A stretch of 64,000 nt of DNA from Epithemia pelagica (GCA_946965045.2 OX337235.1:1922001-1986000); one strand, 5' to 3'; counted from the first letter of the stretch, positions 28,691 to 40,156 are shown. Notes: generated by a model from the letters alone, not told the origin. Numbers and translations are program-made.

Positions 28691-29383
28691 TTACCTCCAC
28701 CAAACCGAAGAAGATGGTACGCTGGAGGACATTCCACACACATGAGGACATCCAGCCATGACAGATGCCTGTGAAAAGGCGAATTCGGTGATTGTTCGGC
28801 CACTGTTCCAAAATTTATGTCGTGGCTGGTCCGTTTTCACAGTTTCGCAGCGTTTCGTACAAGGATGCAATCCCTCGTTCTCCTCCACTTTTAGAGTGGC
28901 TGATGCCGTTGTTCGGCGTCCTTTATGGGCCGAACACTTTGATGGAGGTCCTTGATGTCGCAATAACAAGGTGCTAGGGCCACAGTAATGAGGACATCCT
29001 GCAGCGACAGCTGCATTGGAAAACGCCATTTCTGCGATTCGTTGACCATACATGGCTGCGGCATCGTCGCCATTCCCAAGTCTCTCGGGTTGTGGTAATC
29101 CGAATCCCGCTCGTGATGTTCGGATTTCACCGTCCACGTCAGGTCTCCTTCGCTCATGGTTATGTTTGCTGCTGAATTCCACATCTCTTTTCCGGCTAAC
29201 GAGTAGACTACTTGTCCTTCTCGGGGAGGGAGATGATCGTGACCGACAAAGGTCATTTAGAGAAGAGATACCTTTCGAACTCGACCGATGACTTCTTCTC
29301 CAAGCTGAACTGGATCCCAACAGGATCGCTCCGAGAAGGAGCACTCGCAAAACAAAAGCTGACGATTGGCCTAAGAACTTCAT
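28691..29383 (-). CDS. Putative secreted protein (230 aa) with two AFSxAxVxAGCPHxCG repeats
   Basis: Signal-peptide-like start; internal 20-aa repeat with 14/20 identity. Confidence 0.65.
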   Translation of the reverse strand: MKFLGQSSAFVLRVLLLGAILLGSSSAWRRSHRSSSKGISSLNDLCRSRSSPSPRRTSSLLVSRKRDVEFSSKHNHERRRPDVDGEIRTSRAGFGLPQPERLGNGDDAAAMYGQRIAEMAFSNAAVAAGCPHYCGPSTLLLRHQGPPSKCSAHKGRRTTASATLKVEENEGLHPCTKRCETVKTDQPRHKFWNSGRTITEFAFSQASVMAGCPHVCGMSSSVPSSSVWWR

Positions 29384-29932
29384 CGTTGTACTCGGTATAC
29401 CACTGCAATAGAACTTTATGACAACGTTTATTCACCACGACACCATTTGTTGCTGGTTTCTTGTTCTTGCTCCGTGTGAGGTGCGCGAGGCATCTTGATC
29501 TTGATCTTGATGTGTCCACCTTGCGAGTTCGTTCTCCAAGACAGTCTCTTGACTTTGTTTAGTACAGTCTGGATATATAGTATGGTATGTCCGACTCGAT
29601 ATTTTAACCTTAACTCTGTGTGTATTGTTTATGTACGTTGAGGTTATCTGTCCCAAATCGATGGCGTCGTCGTCGACGATGATGACATCTTTTTCCATAT
29701 CCTATTTCGACGACATTTGCAATCATTCACATGACAAAAGGGAAGTCATTAATGCAACATCTTCAAGAATGATCGAGACGACTCTTTGATTACGAAGGAT
29801 CCACAGGCATCCGTGGCCGCTCTCAATAGACAAGGTAGCGGGTAGTATGACGATCTACCGAAACTACGTGAGACTCTGATGAGCTATGCCAACAGGAGGT
29901 ACAAAAATCACTGATACAGCAGGTTAACCATT

Positions 29933-30379
29933 ATGGCTGCACTTCGCTTACGGATGCCGAACGAAGGATTTGGTACATGGCATGAAGGCCGAATCTCAAT
30001 GGAGTTACTTTGTTCTCGCACAGTTATTGGCACATCTGGAGCGCAAGCTGTGGGAACGGCATTTGACGGCAACGATTGTTGGTCTTGCTTCTCTCTATCG
30101 AACATGCCCATCTCAGACGCGGGAATGCGGGGCTTGGCCTTGGCCATAGTGGGTCGGCACTGGCATACGATTGTTCTCGGGTTCACCAACATAACAAATG
30201 TCGACTTGAAATCTTGTCACGTACCCTTGTGTTCGGCGAATCAATATTTTGCAACACTTGCGGTTGTCCCTTGTGCGGGTGTGATACGATTGGCCATGGC
30301 CTTGCAGCGAAAACTGGTATATGACAGAACCATATCCCGTGCTGGAGAAGTTAGGGTTGCGAAAAGAATGAGAATGTGA
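29933..30379 (+). pseudogene. Possible fragment of an RNI-like leucine-rich-repeat gene
   Basis: FSLSNMPISDAGMRGLALAI and TIVLGFTNITNVDL fit LRR spacing; no complete gene model found. Confidence 0.25.
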
Positions 30380-31217
30380 CGACGTCACCATGCTCGAGTG
30401 TCAAACGCAAGTTTCCGAGCACGAGACACTGAAGATTTTTGTCGCTGAGTAGACGATACACGCCGGAGATACAAATGCTTCCCTTGTTACCATGTTCACA
30501 CAAGTCGTAACGTTTCGAGTTGTGTTCTGTGTTGCCTCCACTCACGTCGTTCAAAAGAGATGGCCTGTGGCTGAATTTCTCTGTACACAAGCGAGGAATA
30601 GTTCCATGGTACGGTTGGGTTCTAGTCCATTGGTTGTTGATGATCCCCCAGGATGTCATTGTGTCTTCAAAAACTCATCTTCATCATGTACACGAGACGC
30701 CGGTGGATGGATGACTTGATCGCCTTGTTTCCGACCCAACATCCCTCTATGCAAAAATATGCAAGCAACACAGATTGGGCCTAACAAAGAGCTAGTTCGA
30801 AAGCGAATCAAAGCTTTCACGGAGCCAATGAAGAACATTGTTGGGGTGCCTAAGATTGTTGGACTTGTCGGTTCGGTTCTTCATGACAGTTATGAGGTGG
30901 TGGACCTTCCCGAAACTGAAAGTCCCTTGTTGTTGGCTTGTGACCTCGTGGCTAAGTCGATTGTGTGCAATAAGGATGGAATCCCATACCTGGTTCCCGT
31001 AAGATGTCGAATATGACGGAAGTAGAGTCTCATGAGACAAGCAAGCAAATGGTGGTGTAGGATGCCGCAAAGCACCCCCTATCGAGTTAGAAATACTTAG
31101 GAAAAGAAGCTTCAAAAGTTTTTACGGTATAAACCCTAACCCCAGTGCCGGTAGTAGTCCGGAGTCCAACCAACCAATGACGTCTTCCCGTAACCCCACC
31201 AGAGCTATTGGCATCAA

Positions 31218-31241
31218 AGAGAGAGAGAGAGAGAGAGAGAG
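31218..31241. repeat. (AG)12 microsatellite
   Basis: Read directly from the sequence. Confidence 0.95.
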
Positions 31242-32091
31242 TGAAAGATGACTCTTAAGTAGTTGGACCCATGCGCCAAGAACAAGCGGCTGTTGATGGT
31301 TACAAAAGAGGAGAGAGACATCACATGAGGAGACCAATGACAATGACCCGACACAGTCATGGAAGATGAGACAGTTGAGTCCTTTTTCTTAATTTCAAGC
31401 GACCACCATTGCCACTCTCGAAACGGAGAAACAATCTACTCCCTACTCCCTACAGCGTCTACAACGAAAACATTCGGAATTCGGATGGGGAAACTACTGC
31501 CAGTGTTTTTGTTGGTCTTGGTGGCGCGTCGTCGACAGCACAGCTGGATGACATCGTTGATTTTGATAGGGGAGATAGACAAGTGAAAGTGAAACCCGTC
31601 GAACACGAATCGGATTTTGCGGGGAAAGATAAAAATCCCGTCTGCGGCGGACAACGGACAACGGACAACGGACATCATACATTTTTTGAGCGACCAATTA
31701 TCGAGACGTACGGCTTCGGAACACCGACGAAGTTCACGTTTGATCCAACGAAGGTGATAGAAGTTGAAGAAATCAATCAAGATACCGAATCGATGTCCAA
31801 TGTCCACCAAGGCCTTTGGTCTGGTGTCTGTTACCTTACCAATTACCAACGCTCCAACATGCATATGGTTAATGGTAACGACACCAGAACGCAACGTGGT
31901 CTAGTCTTCTGTCAATAAACGTGCCACCTTTGTTCGAAACCACATCATCGAGAGTGTGGGCAAGAACGAAAAACGGTGTCAACTGTCAACTACTCCGAAA
32001 AGAAAAGATACAAACAAAAAATTGTCTCTGTGTGGTTATTGTTTCAAAAAGATTTAGTTTCGAAACACCCTCACCTTACAGCATCACCACA

Positions 32092-33802
32092 ATGGCCGCT
32101 ATTAGCAGTGCCCCCGAGAAGATTCAATCCGTGGCCGTTATTGGCTTGGGTCCTGGCGGTTTGTCGTCTATTAAAGAATTCAAGGCCGCCGGCATTCCCA
32201 CGGTGATTGGCTTTGATGCCAGTGAATCCATTGGAGGCCTTTGGCGTCGGCAATCCAACAAGGCCAATGGTGTATACCAGGAATTGACCATGAATTCGAC
32301 ACGAAGTACGTCCGAATTTTCTGATTTTCCGTGGAACAAAGAAGATTTTGCCGAATATGCCAACAAAGACGAATATGGCTATTTCCCCAATCAAGCCGAA
32401 GCCGGCGCTTATCTGGAAGCCTATGCCAAGCATTTTGATTTGGCATCGAGTTTTCGTCTGGGTACAAAAGTAACGTCAATTGTTCGCCAACCGAGCAATG
32501 GGAGATTTCTCGTCCGGACAGTCTCTGTAAAGGGAACAAACAAAGAGGAGCAGACTCAGGAGTTTGATGCCGTCATGATGTGTACTGGACGATTTGGGGT
32601 GCCTCGTAATCCCCTCCAACAGAGCGGTGTGCTAAAGGATTTTACCGGCCGCGTCTTACACCATCAAGAGGTGAAATCCCTGACAGATTTCCCCAACCAA
32701 CGAGTCTTGGTGGTGGGTGGCAATGTGTCGGGCCCCGATCTGGCCTATCATTTAAGTATGCATCCAGCGAGTACATGTCAAAAACCCGTGGTCAATGCAT
32801 GGAGGACACCGCATTATGCAATGTGCAAACTGTCAAAGAAAGGCAAAAATTTAGAATTGGTACGTTTTCGTATTCTTGTATTACCATACTGTGTTGTGTT
32901 ATGTTCTGACAAATCTCTTTCGGACACTTTTGGATTCCTTGTCTGAATGTGTAGGTGCCCTTTAATCGTCTTGCCGTTTGGCTCAAGCCCTATTTGCCCC
33001 TGAGCATGGCCCTCACCGGTTTTCAATCGGCCATTCTCCAGCACTTTCCTAACCAAATAACGGCAGACATGGTCAATGGCAATCAGGACCTCGTTCCTCC
33101 CAAAATTTAAAGGACGGAGCCGTTTGTTACACGACAGGCTATGTCGATGCCGTCAAGAGTGGCCAGTTGCAAGTGAAACCGGCCATTTCCAAGGCAAATC
33201 GCAAGACAATTACCTTCACCGATGGTACGAGTCAAGAATTTGATGTCATCATTTGTGCCACCGGATGGAAGGGTGTGGATCTAGACCTCTTCGAACCTGC
33301 CTTACAGGAGCAGTTGGGCTTTGTCGGACCGTCGGGCATGATGGATGTAAGGGCCTATAAGCGTACCTTGGTTCCTGACATTCCCAACTTGGCCTTTACG
33401 AAGTGCGATTCCTTTGGAGGTCTCTTTCCTCAATTGGAAATGCAAGGTCGATACGTTGCGGCATTGTGGAGTGGCAAAATCAAACGTCCTAATGAGGACA
33501 AAATTCGAAAGGCGGCAGAGGCGTTGTTGGCCTTTCGTCAACAGAGCAAACATTGCACATACGACGGTACATTTGACATTGCGGAGCCCCTTGGGGACGA
33601 ACTGGGTGTAACACCAACTCTTTACCAAGCTCTCTGGAATCCATCGGAATTGTTGCTGGGTCCACTCTATGCCTGTTATTATCGGACCAACCCGGCTATC
33701 GATGGCGAAGAGGTCGCCGCAAAGGCGAGGGAACGATGGGAATGGTGCAAAGCCAATCCGGCCATTTACCACGACTTGGATTCCCTTCCTGCCAATCAAT
33801 GA
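32092..33802 (+). CDS. Flavin-containing monooxygenase (class B FMO), intron 32860-32954, apparent 1-nt frameshift near 33100
   Basis: VAVIGLGPGG (FAD), IGGLW, FSDFP, FDAVMMCTG, FTGRVLH (FMO fingerprint), VLVVGGNVSG (NADPH), FDVIICATG, EMQGRYVA. Confidence 0.85.
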
Positions 33803-34048
33803 GTACTTTTGTCTCAGCCATATCATTCGATTTCAGCAGAGGCGAAAATCTAGAAAGTACCGCAAAAGATTTCGTCAGCTTTCGAACAATAACCCTAGGG
33901 AGGGACGGATTAACACCAATATCATCTAAAATATTTTATCTTTTGTCATAACATCACTTTTGTGGACCCCCGAGCCTCCGTTCAATCGACAATAACCCTG
34001 TTATCGGACACGAACGAGCTCTGTCCCTTTTGAATCAACTTTGTCTCC

Positions 34049-35136
34049 TCAATCCGACTTGTTGTTGTCCATCACTTTCATTTCAATGTGACAGTCAGAG
34101 GCACGGGAGAGAGCAGAATAGGGTCCACGGTGAAGAAGCTTTTCAAATTCATTTTCCCAGAGGTCCAGGGCCGTCACATCGTTCTGGTTGGTGCGTCGAA
34201 GCATGGCGGCGGCTTGTCCTTCGGCATGCCCATCCTGAGAGGAGGCATAAAAGCTTCCAGAGAAGTAACCATACTTGGATTGCCAGACAATACCAGTCAA
34301 GGAGTCAATCAAAGAGCTCACTTTCTCGACTTCCGGAGTACTTGCCATATTCTGGATAAGCTTTTTGTTCTCATCAGAGGCATGGACATTGTTGAAGGCA
34401 TTCTCCAACTCGGATGCAGCAAAGCCTTCTTCCGAGGAAGTCAACACATCCCAGTCGACATTCTGGCACTCCACACGAACAGCCGTGGCCTCGACAGACA
34501 GTTTTTCATGCTTGGTCTCCACAGTACAATCAGCGGCATTTTTGAAACAAGTCATACCGCTCTCCTTGAGAGCACGAGTGAGCTTCTTTTCCCATTCTTT
34601 CTTGTCCTTCTTGTCCATGTCTTTCTTGTCCTTCTTGTTGTCCATGTCTTTCTTGAGTGCCATGGTATTTGAGGCAGCAACGGAAACATCGTCGTCATAA
34701 GGGTAGTAGTCGTCATCGCAGAGGTAACAATCAAGATGGGAACCGGATCCACCGCTTTGTAGTCACAAACAATCCAAGAGACAGATATCCACAAAGGTGA
34801 GCGCAGGGTTCTCATGGCACTGTACAAAGATGGAACGCGCAAGCTCGAAAAATCTTACCCCTCCGGATAGAGCACACGCCGATCGTTCTTGACGGGCGGA
34901 GGCGGGATGACACCTTCCCATTTCGTTTCCGACAGGGTCCAAACAGGCGAGAACACTTCGTTGAATGTTTTTTGGAGGAGTGAAGCAAAGACCTCGTGTT
35001 CGTTCGGGTCACAAGAGTAAAAATCCACATTTTGGCACATGGTCTTTTCGTGAAACTTGAGAACGGTATGGGCCGAGGCACTGTGGATCATGGTGGTGGC
35101 AAGGACCGAGAGGGAGGAAAGACCAAACAACTTCAT
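34049..35136 (-). CDS. Two-exon putative secreted protein (exons 35136-34859 and 34754-34049)
   Basis: Signal-like MKLFGLSSLSVLATTMIHSASA. A phase-2 intron GTAAG...ACAAAG joins the 34855 and 34049 ORFs in frame. Contains CYLCDDD and a D/K repeat. Confidence 0.7.
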
Positions 35137-35656
35137 GGTTTGCGAGAGAGAGAGAGTATCAAAAAGAACCGGATTGCCTTGATTGTTTGGCTGGAGCGAA
35201 AATTGTGAGAGAAGATGGAGAACCGCAAACGGACGGATCGAGTTGAGAAAGATTTCAATGACCCCTGAACCGGGGTTCTGGTCTTCAAATGACCCTTGTT
35301 CTTGTTCCACTCCACGGGTTCAGAGAGTTCATCGTGGTTTGTTCCTGACAGGTGAACATGAACAAAGTGGTACGGAACTTTGTGATCCCGCTCTTTGACT
35401 CTGTGTATAAGCTTTGTTCTCAAATGCCTTTTTTGCTGGGAGTCAACGGCGGTCTTCTTGTCCCAAATGACAGTAAAGTCATGATTAAACGTATCGTGGT
35501 TTCGACAGTGGTTTCGTCTGGGAGGAGGCGGCAGATTCTAGAGGAACAGCGATAATCCCGCCAACGTTACAGATTACAGCTCTCCTCGTAGTACTTATTT
35601 CAGTATGTGTTGATATCGAGTACGACCAAGTCACACAGCAAAGAGGAGGAGGGTGG

Positions 35657-36159
35657 TGGGAGTCAAACAGGAGAAAACAGGGTGGGAGTCAAACAGGCAC
35701 GTGGCGTTTGGATTGCGGCATTGGACATTGGATGCTGGTTCCGTCAGATCCCGTGGGGGACACGATACAGGTGGATCAGCCTGCCGCTGGTACTTAGGTT
35801 CGGTTGGAAGGTGGTGGGTGGGAGTCATTGTCCAAAAAGGACGAGGAGGGGAGTCGTCGTCGAGGGTGGTGGGAGTCATATGTCGGAAAATGTGAGGATT
35901 GAAAATGGGAGTCAAAATTCTTGTTGGATTGCAACCGAACATCTATAAGTTTGTATCCGCTTCCATCCTTCACATCTCATGGACAACGGAGGCGGTTCTT
36001 CCTACGGATGCTTCTCGTTCCAACCCCATCATTCTTGGATCCATTCAGTGGGAGTCAAATCAAGGTCGGGAGCTTCCCTTCCCCCGACTGGCTTTGCAGT
36101 TTCTTGTGGCTCGTTGCAATATAGAGACAGGCCGAAATCGTCCAAAGTGACGACTCCCA
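35657..36159. repeat. Cluster of dispersed TGGGAGTCA motifs
   Basis: Exact copies at 35657, 35683, 35819, 35870, 35906 and 36049; variants at 35848 and, inverted, 36151. Confidence 0.85.
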
Positions 36160-36512
36160 TCTGAAGGATGGAGATCAGATCTGGAATCATCTGGTGTACT
36201 CCGTCTGTTCCCACTCACGTCAAAAGCCTTGGCGTTGCAGAGAGGCAACCTGCTGCTAGCCCTAATTCCTCCCAGCGGGAATTGAACTAGTAGCGCCTTG
36301 CATCACGTAGCAGATTCCCACGGTCCTTGTTGGCTTTGCTGGTTGCTGATGAAACATGCAATCATGTCCATTGTCAGTTCACATCACGAACAATGACATG
36401 CGCGCCGGACCGTTCGCCAACTCGGAACCTCAACACACCTAGGCGTTAGGGATGGATAGTTTACAGATAAAGTCATAGACCTCCAATATCCAGTCGATGG
36501 GGAAAGCTATGT

Positions 36513-37619
36513 ATGCCAGTTTTCCCTCCATCTCCACCTCCACTCCATTCCCCGGTCCATTCCAAGGTGGAAGATCCATCTCCACAACACAACACCGAGA
36601 CGACGAACGACGTGGGGAGTGAGCGTGTCCAGGAACAAGACACGACAAGGATGACTGCTTCATCAAAAGAAGGACGGATTGCAAACATATGTAGTTTTTA
36701 CCGGGCTATACTACTTTGCGCCATTTACTGTCTTTTGTCTTGCTCGGCTTCCACCCATGGCCAAGATTCGACTCGACAAAGGACAACTTGGTGCGACTTT
36801 GGGGGGCTGGCAGAGCCGATCCACACCAGGGAATTGTCGTCCAAGCAAGAACCCGATGCTTGTGAAGCCTTATCAATCTCTCTTGATCATACCCCATCGG
36901 CTCAGTGTATCCGTAATAATATTGGCTCCAAAGAGAAGAAACGTTTGCCAATGTCATTTCGCTCGAGTTCTGTACATGCTTTATCGAAAGTGGCATCGAA
37001 AGCATTGTCGAGTACAAGACAAATTCGAGGTGGAGGAACCGCAGTACCCACGACCAAAACTACAGCGAACCAACCTTCTCTTTTCCATGGATGGAGAAAG
37101 AATAAAGTGGCCGAACGGGCGAGTGTCAGTGAATCCTCCTCCGCTTCCTCTGGTATCCCCCTTCTACTTGCCAACTTTGGAGAATTTTTTCTCTTGTTTT
37201 TCGTTTCCAGTCTGTCCTGTCTTTCCACATGGGTGTGCATTCATCACCGACAAATGTCTCCGCTTCGGGTCAGCTGTATGCACGGTTTGGTGGCTTCCGT
37301 CATGGGTGTACCTCCTTCCCTTGCGGCAGCCTGTTTGAGTGGAGCCTTCACGGGGACGTCCAGCTTTTTAACTGACATGGACGACCCGACCATGCAATGG
37401 TCGGATGTCGCCATGTTGTCGGTACTGACCGGTGTGGTGTATGCCTGGGAAACCACCGATACAAATTTGCAGTGGATCTTGGCCGGCAAGGGTGGACGAT
37501 TGGGAAGCCTCAGTGTGGTGGCCAGTTTGTTGTTTTGGGCGCTTCATCGCGATGCCCAATCGTTTCGCCTTGTCCGGGACTGGGTCACTCGCAAATTGGG
37601 TATCTCCACGTCGGTATGA
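36513..37619 (+). CDS. Multi-pass membrane protein of unknown family, first unit
   Basis: Hydrophobic helices with GAFTGTS and ILAGKGGRLG motifs. Confidence 0.7.
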   Translation: MPVFPPSPPPLHSPVHSKVEDPSPQHNTETTNDVGSERVQEQDTTRMTASSKEGRIANICSFYRAILLCAIYCLLSCSASTHGQDSTRQRTTWCDFGGLAEPIHTRELSSKQEPDACEALSISLDHTPSAQCIRNNIGSKEKKRLPMSFRSSSVHALSKVASKALSSTRQIRGGGTAVPTTKTTANQPSLFHGWRKNKVAERASVSESSSASSGIPLLLANFGEFFLLFFVSSLSCLSTWVCIHHRQMSPLRVSCMHGLVASVMGVPPSLAAACLSGAFTGTSSFLTDMDDPTMQWSDVAMLSVLTGVVYAWETTDTNLQWILAGKGGRLGSLSVVASLLFWALHRDAQSFRLVRDWVTRKLGISTSV

Positions 37620-37631
37620 ATTGCCGTCGCC

Positions 37632-38414
37632 ATGGGCATTTTCTGGGGAGCCCAAGAAAACTTGTCACGTCTTCAAGGGTTGGTGGCGTCCCTACAACAA
37701 AATACGTTAACGACGACGAGTACCAAAACCAAAATTACCACCAAGCGCGTTCGGAATGTTCACCAATATTCGTCGGAGGAAGCACTCCCAGGTCCAACCC
37801 ATATGCAACAATTGCAACGACAGTTGCGTCAATCACAACGTTGGTTAACCTCCACTGCCAAAATTGTCATGGTGACCATGTTGCTCCGACATGCATTTGT
37901 GGAGAACAAACACCCTCTTCCTGCTTTACTGGAATCATCATTCATCACATTTGTCTGCAGTTTGTTCTTGTATCAACGGTCGACCACAACGTGGGGTGGC
38001 GTGGTCTTGCCCATGTCGTTGATTGGCCTATTGGCATCCCTCTTGGACCAACACAATCGTCATGTAGCGACTCCCATGTGTGTGGGAGGGTTGATTGGAA
38101 TGACGAGATTGCCAGGATTTTCCGTGGGGGCTCATTTGGAGGCAAGTGTGTGGATCACCCTCTTGCTGTACAACAACCAAGATATCTTGGCGGGTGTGGG
38201 AGGACGTCTCGGTGTCTTTACCGTATTGGCAGTCCTTTTGGCCCACATGTCATGGTGGTGGTCTCCCACGAACTTGGCGTCGACGCCATCCGTAGTTCTG
38301 ACACCAACGTCGTCGTACTTCTGGTATGCGCACATGAGATATGTGGTTGCGGCCACACAAACTCAACTCCAACACGTGACTCAGAGTTCACACCGTGGAA
38401 GAGAAATTAACTGA
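37632..38414 (+). CDS. Multi-pass membrane protein, second homologous unit (possibly the same gene as 36513-37619)
   Basis: GGLIGMT and ILAGVGGRLG motifs; same frame as the upstream ORF, separated by one TGA and four codons. Confidence 0.7.
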   Translation: MGIFWGAQENLSRLQGLVASLQQNTLTTTSTKTKITTKRVRNVHQYSSEEALPGPTHMQQLQRQLRQSQRWLTSTAKIVMVTMLLRHAFVENKHPLPALLESSFITFVCSLFLYQRSTTTWGGVVLPMSLIGLLASLLDQHNRHVATPMCVGGLIGMTRLPGFSVGAHLEASVWITLLLYNNQDILAGVGGRLGVFTVLAVLLAHMSWWWSPTNLASTPSVVLTPTSSYFWYAHMRYVVAATQTQLQHVTQSSHRGREIN

Positions 38415-38656
38415 CAAGGATCCATTCTATCGTGGACATTGATTGTATTCCTTTTCCCTTATGGACGATCGAGTGGCTCGCCTATAGTGATCTGATAGCT
38501 TGGGACGTCCCATTCCCTCTTGAATGGCCAGATGGCGTAGCAATGAGTGAGGTGATTGACAAGCCGCAGATGTGGAAAGAAGTCACGTTTGTACGCTTTT
38601 GAACAGTGAATCGGTCTAGTTCAACAATTTTTAACAGTATACAAAAGGTTTTGCTT

Positions 38657-40156
38657 CTATGCTTGTGAACTGGAGGAGGCCACCGTGAGGGCCTTTCGAA
38701 ATGCATGTCCATAGGAACCAGGTAGTTCTGGTTCAAAGCATCGTTTGGTTTCTACCGCGGCGATTCCGGTCCATGGTTTATGAATGCGCTCGTAATCGGA
38801 TAGATCCTCTTTGTGTTCCCATTCCTCCAAATTATTCACAAAGGAATGGTCGGCCTCTGTGTACATATGCAACATGAACCGAAAACCATGCCTTACATGA
38901 ATGTCATTTTCCGGAGAACACCCATAGTTCATGAGATTGTATATGAAATCTGCAACGACTTCATGTCCACCCTGATTCATGGCCGCATAAAAGTTTTCCC
39001 GATAATAGTGATAGAGATAGGGAGCGTCCTTGACATAGCTGTAATGACGACCGCATCCTGTCGAGATGCACTGAACATGTGTCGCCAAATTGGCCATTTT
39101 GACAAAGGGCCCTCTTTCATCTACTTCTTCTTCATGCTCATATTCTTTGTTCGAGGCAATGTCATAATCGGCAAAGTATTCCCAGGTACTGGCCACAAAA
39201 TCTTGCGCATCCTCTGGCAATGCCAATTCTGGTATCGTTAAACAATCGGTCAAGGCCACAGCCCACATGATCCAACTATTTATATCGTCCACATGCAATT
39301 CCTTGTCCTTCATATCCTCTCTCCACGAATCTTCTTCATTGACGCCGTCAGAAAACATTAGATCAAGGCTTTCGCATACCTCAATCGATTTATTTAGATG
39401 ATCCACGAGGGAATCGAGAATCCCTTTGAGTTCCAAGTCTTTGGGTGACTCCATAGAAAGCCGGTGTGCGAAGGCCGTCAGAGTTGTTCTGGCATACATT
39501 TTATCGCATTCTGGTTCGCTTTTTTCATCCTTGTTCATGTGTTTTTGGACCGATATCTTGAGCACCTTGATGGACGTATCGACCGCCTTTTGATGAAACT
39601 CTGGCATTTCCTGCGAACCAAGAACGTAGTCAAAGACGCTGTTTACTGCATCTACACCAAGTCGTTGAATTCTGCTGGGTTTAGCGCTTTCCAAAAATGA
39701 AACCAGTTCATCCAGTCCTCTGTTGACTGCTTCATCGGCCAATGTCTGTTCTTCCGAAGTCCATGGTCCACCTGGATCGGCAAAGACAACGTCCTCGGGT
39801 GCTCGCCAGTCGGTGGGCATTAAATGCGGGTCATTGATACAAATGGCCGGAGGATTTGGCTCTTGGTCAACAATGGAGTGAATATTGGCATTGTGACAGC
39901 CATGTTTGCTGGTCTGGCCAAGGCTCCGATTCCACCAGGATGTGGAGGTTGCAGGATTCTTGGTAAGATTGGATGCAATGGTAAACACAGCTGCCAATAC
40001 TAGAGTCGCCCCCACAACCAAGGGAATCAAACGATTGAATTGTTTTCTTCTTTTTCGTTTGGAATTGCTGTATTTGGAGGCATTCTTGGCAGTCATGGGT
40101 AGAATGCTTTTGCCGTCACTTTTTCGTCGTCGTCTCGACGAGTCGACACCCACCAT
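38657..40156 (-). CDS. Type II membrane protein with a large, probably luminal domain; function unknown
   Basis: Basic N-tail, one TM segment IPLVVGATLVLAAVFTIA, then about 440 aa of helical, Cys-containing sequence. Confidence 0.75.
   Translation of the reverse strand: MVGVDSSRRRRKSDGKSILPMTAKNASKYSNSKRKRRKQFNRLIPLVVGATLVLAAVFTIASNLTKNPATSTSWWNRSLGQTSKHGCHNANIHSIVDQEPNPPAICINDPHLMPTDWRAPEDVVFADPGGPWTSEEQTLADEAVNRGLDELVSFLESAKPSRIQRLGVDAVNSVFDYVLGSQEMPEFHQKAVDTSIKVLKISVQKHMNKDEKSEPECDKMYARTTLTAFAHRLSMESPKDLELKGILDSLVDHLNKSIEVCESLDLMFSDGVNEEDSWREDMKDKELHVDDINSWIMWAVALTDCLTIPELALPEDAQDFVASTWEYFADYDIASNKEYEHEEEVDERGPFVKMANLATHVQCISTGCGRHYSYVKDAPYLYHYYRENFYAAMNQGGHEVVADFIYNLMNYGCSPENDIHVRHGFRFMLHMYTEADHSFVNNLEEWEHKEDLSDYERIHKPWTGIAAVETKRCFEPELPGSYGHAFRKALTVASSSSQA

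Noticed and set aside
29859-29883. Hammerhead-like CGAAAC...CTGATGAG
   Set aside because: Only 11 nt separate the cores, too few for stems I and III, and the cleavage triplet would end in G.
31409-31918. 169-aa ORF containing an ACGGACA mini-repeat
   Set aside because: No motif or compositional support; may be non-coding sequence upstream of the FMO.
33095-33110. Programmed -1 ribosomal frameshift in the FMO
   Set aside because: No X XXY YYZ heptamer in the correct phase; mutation or assembly error is simpler.
36268-36287. tRNA T-loop/B-box-like GTTCAATTCCC on the minus strand
   Set aside because: The T-stem does not pair, and no acceptor stem, D-arm or anticodon arm can be built.
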